This document shows positions 62,223 through 64,000 of a DNA stretch of 64,000 bases, piece after piece (within the stretch, counting starts at the first letter, position 1; every line of letters begins with the position of its first letter). The position numbers and the translations under genes were made by a program. The stretch comes from an uncultured Gammaproteobacteria bacterium (GTDB taxonomy: Bacteria > Patescibacteriota > Patescibacteriia > Magasanikbacterales > UBA922): NCBI GenBank assembly GCA_964447765.1, contig CAYUTO010000003.1, positions 8,919 to 72,918 on the forward strand, read 5' to 3'. The notes under the pieces were generated by a model that saw nothing but the letters and a program-made list of their open reading frames with translations, was not told where the DNA came from and made no database searches.

Positions 62223-62657
62223 ATGGACGCTGAACAATACCAGAAACTCGCGCTCGCGGTGATGGCTGCAATCCCAATGGATCTCGACAGCCAGATCGCC
62301 GATGGGTGGATCCGAGACCCGCTCGGCCTAACCGTCGCGATGCGCCAGGCACTGGCCCCAGGAAAACAGGATCAGGAGTGGAAGCCCCATCTCTTCGAGA
62401 AACTCGATAGACGTATCGTCGACCTCCCTGGACTCACTGGCCGTGCTCGTAATTCACTTCTCGGTGAAAATAGAGACAAAGAACATCGTATCACCTACGT
62501 CGGACAGTTGGTACAAATGCGTAAAGTGAAACTCTCCTGTCTGTGGAATTTTGGAAATCACTCTCTCAAAAACGTGACCCAAGTCCTAGCTGAACTCGGA
62601 CTGGAGCTCGATATGGACGTACAAGGCTGGGTACCGCCTGAGCAGCGGAACCTGTAG
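62223..62657 (+). CDS. Standalone RNA polymerase alpha-subunit C-terminal-domain (alphaCTD)-like protein, GC-rich
   Basis: ATG with a canonical SD; residues ~65-144 align with the E. coli alphaCTD (DLPGLTGRARNSLL.. vs DLELTVRSANCLK; YVGQLVQ vs YIGDLVQ; NFGNHSL vs NLGKKSL; VLAELGLEL vs VLASRGLSL; QGWVPPE vs ENWPPA); the N-terminal ~60 aa are a separate module. Confidence 0.7.
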   Translation: MDAEQYQKLALAVMAAIPMDLDSQIADGWIRDPLGLTVAMRQALAPGKQDQEWKPHLFEKLDRRIVDLPGLTGRARNSLLGENRDKEHRITYVGQLVQMRKVKLSCLWNFGNHSLKNVTQVLAELGLELDMDVQGWVPPEQRNL

Positions 62658-62689
62658 AGTCGATTCCTCGGATCGACTCTCAAAATACG

Positions 62690-62750
62690 GACTCTCGCGC
62701 TACGGCGGTGCAATTCGGCACTGACAGCACGAGAGTCTTCTTCATTTTTA
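62690..62750 (+). repeat. Conserved cassette 3' element: hairpin GACTCTCG..CGAGAGTC containing GGTGCAATTCGGCACTG, then TTCTTCATTTTTA
   Basis: The 17-mer is identical to the rc of 45697..45713; the hairpin plus TTCTTCATTTTTA is repeated at 63422..63472. Confidence 0.6.
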
Positions 62751-62795
62751 GATAATCTAAAACCACTCGATAAGGGTGGTTTTTTATTTTAATGA

Positions 62796-62823
62796 TTGAC
62801 AAAAAATATATATGAGTTAGTAT
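62796..62823 (+). promoter_or_regulatory. Sigma70-like promoter ATTGACAAAA-16/17-TAGTAT of GC cassette gene 2
   Basis: TTGACA at 62796..62801 (the track ORF's TTG start lies inside it). Confidence 0.4.
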
Positions 62824-62873
62824 TCTCTCCAATACAGTCAACGCATAGTGCTATGACTGAACAGAGAGGTAAC

Positions 62874-63413
62874 ATGCACGTTCAAGTTAATCTAAGCCAG
62901 CTCACTCCACACAAAATCGAGCTGCGCGATGACCAGGTCAGGATCCACCCAAATCTCTCCGTCGAGGAGTGGTCCAAGTACGCGAACCTTTACATGACCC
63001 ACTGCAACGACGACTTCACGAACGAAAGGTTCACCAAATACCTTCGTGAACCTTCGAGTACTGAGGTCGTGAGAACCATCCGCCGCTTCCGTGCGGGGAG
63101 AGGTACTGGGTACACGGTCGAGTGGGCCCGGTCTGTGCGTGAAGCTCTCAACCTCGACCCTACTGGGTTCGAGCACATAGCAGCCTTCGCCAACCAGCAC
63201 TTCAGAATCTGGTGGAATCTCGCGCGCGAGTGGGTCTTCTCCCCGGATCTGATCTCGATGGAAATCCCCAACTCGCTCGACAAAAACAAGCCCACAATGA
63301 TCGGCATCGGGGGCAACATCGAAGCACGCCACTTTTCCGTTACACCCCTCGAGAAGTTCAATGGGTATGTGTGGTTCTGCGGTCTCGTGAAGGCCGAACC
63401 CACCACGTCCTAG
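62874..63413 (+). CDS. Hypothetical GC-rich protein (domain X), paralog of the C-terminal part of 45741..46394
   Basis: ATG at 62874 with SD GAGAGG (alternative ATG at 62853); shared blocks RIHPNLSVEEW / TIYPKRTAEEW and LNLDPTGFEHIAAF / LGLRHAGFNHLAAL. Confidence 0.55.
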   Translation: MHVQVNLSQLTPHKIELRDDQVRIHPNLSVEEWSKYANLYMTHCNDDFTNERFTKYLREPSSTEVVRTIRRFRAGRGTGYTVEWARSVREALNLDPTGFEHIAAFANQHFRIWWNLAREWVFSPDLISMEIPNSLDKNKPTMIGIGGNIEARHFSVTPLEKFNGYVWFCGLVKAEPTTS

Positions 63414-63421
63414 GGCGCAAC

Positions 63422-63472
63422 AAGACTCTCTGCACGACACTAAGTACGGCACGAGAGTCTTCTTCATTTTTA
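63422..63472 (+). repeat. Second copy of the cassette 3' element (AAGACTCTC..CGGCAC..GAGAGTCTT CTTCATTTTTA)
   Basis: Direct comparison with 62690..62750. Confidence 0.55.
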
Positions 63473-63481
63473 AACTAAAAA

Positions 63482-63512
63482 AATAATCCTCCAGTTCGGA
63501 GGATTATTTTAA
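63482..63512. terminator. Bidirectional intrinsic terminator (ruvA / cassette)
   Basis: AATAATCCTCC-agttc-GGAGGATTATTTT. Confidence 0.7.
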
Positions 63513-63524
63513 TGTACGAAATAA

Positions 63525-64000
63525 TTAACGCTTTCTCGATAACACTTCTTTCAAGATTTCTGCAGCACTTTTTCCTTCTCCTTCAATATTTTGAAGCATA
63601 TCCCTCGACTCCTCCTTAGTATACCCCATGGAGATAAGTCCCTCAACCACATCGTCAAGTACTCCATCCACGGGTTTTGAGCGGACCGAAACTCTCGTAC
63701 CCAGATCAATTTTACTTTTTAACTCAACAACTAATCGCTCTGCTGTTTTCTTTCCCATACCTTGAATTGAGGTGAGATATCCTACATCTCCTCTCGCAAT
63801 TGCATCTCGTATATCTTCGACTGAACCAAGCGACATAATATTCATGGCACTTTTCGGCCCAATTCCAGATACGGTCATGAGAAGCATAAAGAAGTCTCGA
63901 TCTTCAAGATGCGAAAATCCAAATAATTCCTGACTATTCTCACTCACTTTATGATAGATAAAGAGTGATACAGGAACTCCGGTATTTAATTCAAGAAGTT
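63525..64000 (-). CDS. ruvA: Holliday junction branch-migration protein RuvA (C-terminal part in the window; N-terminus beyond window end)
   Basis: HhH pair MLLMTVSGIGPKSAMNIM... and a C-terminal domain III (EALISLGYTKEE-like, here EGLISMGYTKEE); the frame stays open to position 64000. Confidence 0.85.
   Translation of the reverse strand, partial: LLELNTGVPVSLFIYHKVSENSQELFGFSHLEDRDFFMLLMTVSGIGPKSAMNIMSLGSVEDIRDAIARGDVGYLTSIQGMGKKTAERLVVELKSKIDLGTRVSVRSKPVDGVLDDVVEGLISMGYTKEESRDMLQNIEGEGKSAAEILKEVLSRKR

Noticed and set aside
62796-62873. Track N-terminal extension of the domain-X gene starting at a TTG
   Set aside because: The TTG is the TTGACA -35 hexamer of the cassette promoter. The same type of artefact explains the TTG/GTG starts at 31299, 38579 and 42510.
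62892-63467. 191-aa minus-strand ORF opposite the domain-X gene
   Set aside because: Shadow ORF in GC-rich DNA; the plus-strand gene has a promoter, an SD and a paralog.

Overview
Low-GC (~38%), gene-dense bacterial chromosome segment using the standard code (UGA is a stop). Most genes lack Shine-Dalgarno (SD) sequences, and gene content is consistent with a small-genome CPR/Patescibacteria-like organism; this is a tentative call. Conserved housekeeping loci: valS (partial); a minus-strand lower-glycolysis cluster gap-pgk-SIMPL-eno-gpmI-gpmI; ruvC; yebC; ppa; rpoB-rpoC; ftsK; a RodZ-like gene; recA; envelope genes (SpoIID/LytB, MOP flippase, O-antigen-ligase-like); thrS; pilB; ftsH; rpsA; gyrA; ruvA (partial). 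A tRNA-Ser(CGA) at 31567..31656 is preceded by a duplicated, palindrome-interrupted copy of its own 5' end and a small GIY-YIG gene. Downstream lies an accessory stretch: VOC/glyoxalase-like x2, YdeI-like, a DUF2975-HTH-DUF2975 cassette, M23 peptidase, class-A beta-lactamase-like protein, MFS transporter, cold-shock protein, GT2, and a base-excision-repair cluster (AlkD-like, xth, MutY-like HhH-GPD, nth). The most unusual content is a set of sharply GC-rich (~52-56%) cassettes embedded in the AT-rich genome. Each has its own TTGACA-17-TAnnnT promoter, a strong SD, and a conserved hairpin-containing 3' element. One cassette (62159..63472) encodes a standalone protein carrying an RNA polymerase alpha-subunit C-terminal-domain (alphaCTD) homolog, followed by an unknown protein (domain X). 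A second cassette (45629..46432, opposite strand) encodes what looks like a fusion of the alphaCTD protein's N-terminal module with domain X. It is bounded by GGTGCAATT/AATTGCACC inverted termini and shares an identical 17-mer with the first cassette. Two smaller GC-rich units (12280..12611, 42464..42786) encode tiny membrane peptides. Other signals: a probable T-box leader upstream of thrS; an AAAGTCGAAA palindromic motif both upstream of a TrmB-family regulator and in the rpsA divergent promoter region; a 109-nt inverted-repeat element between nth and rlmD; many clean bidirectional intrinsic terminators. No CRISPR array and no rRNA were seen.
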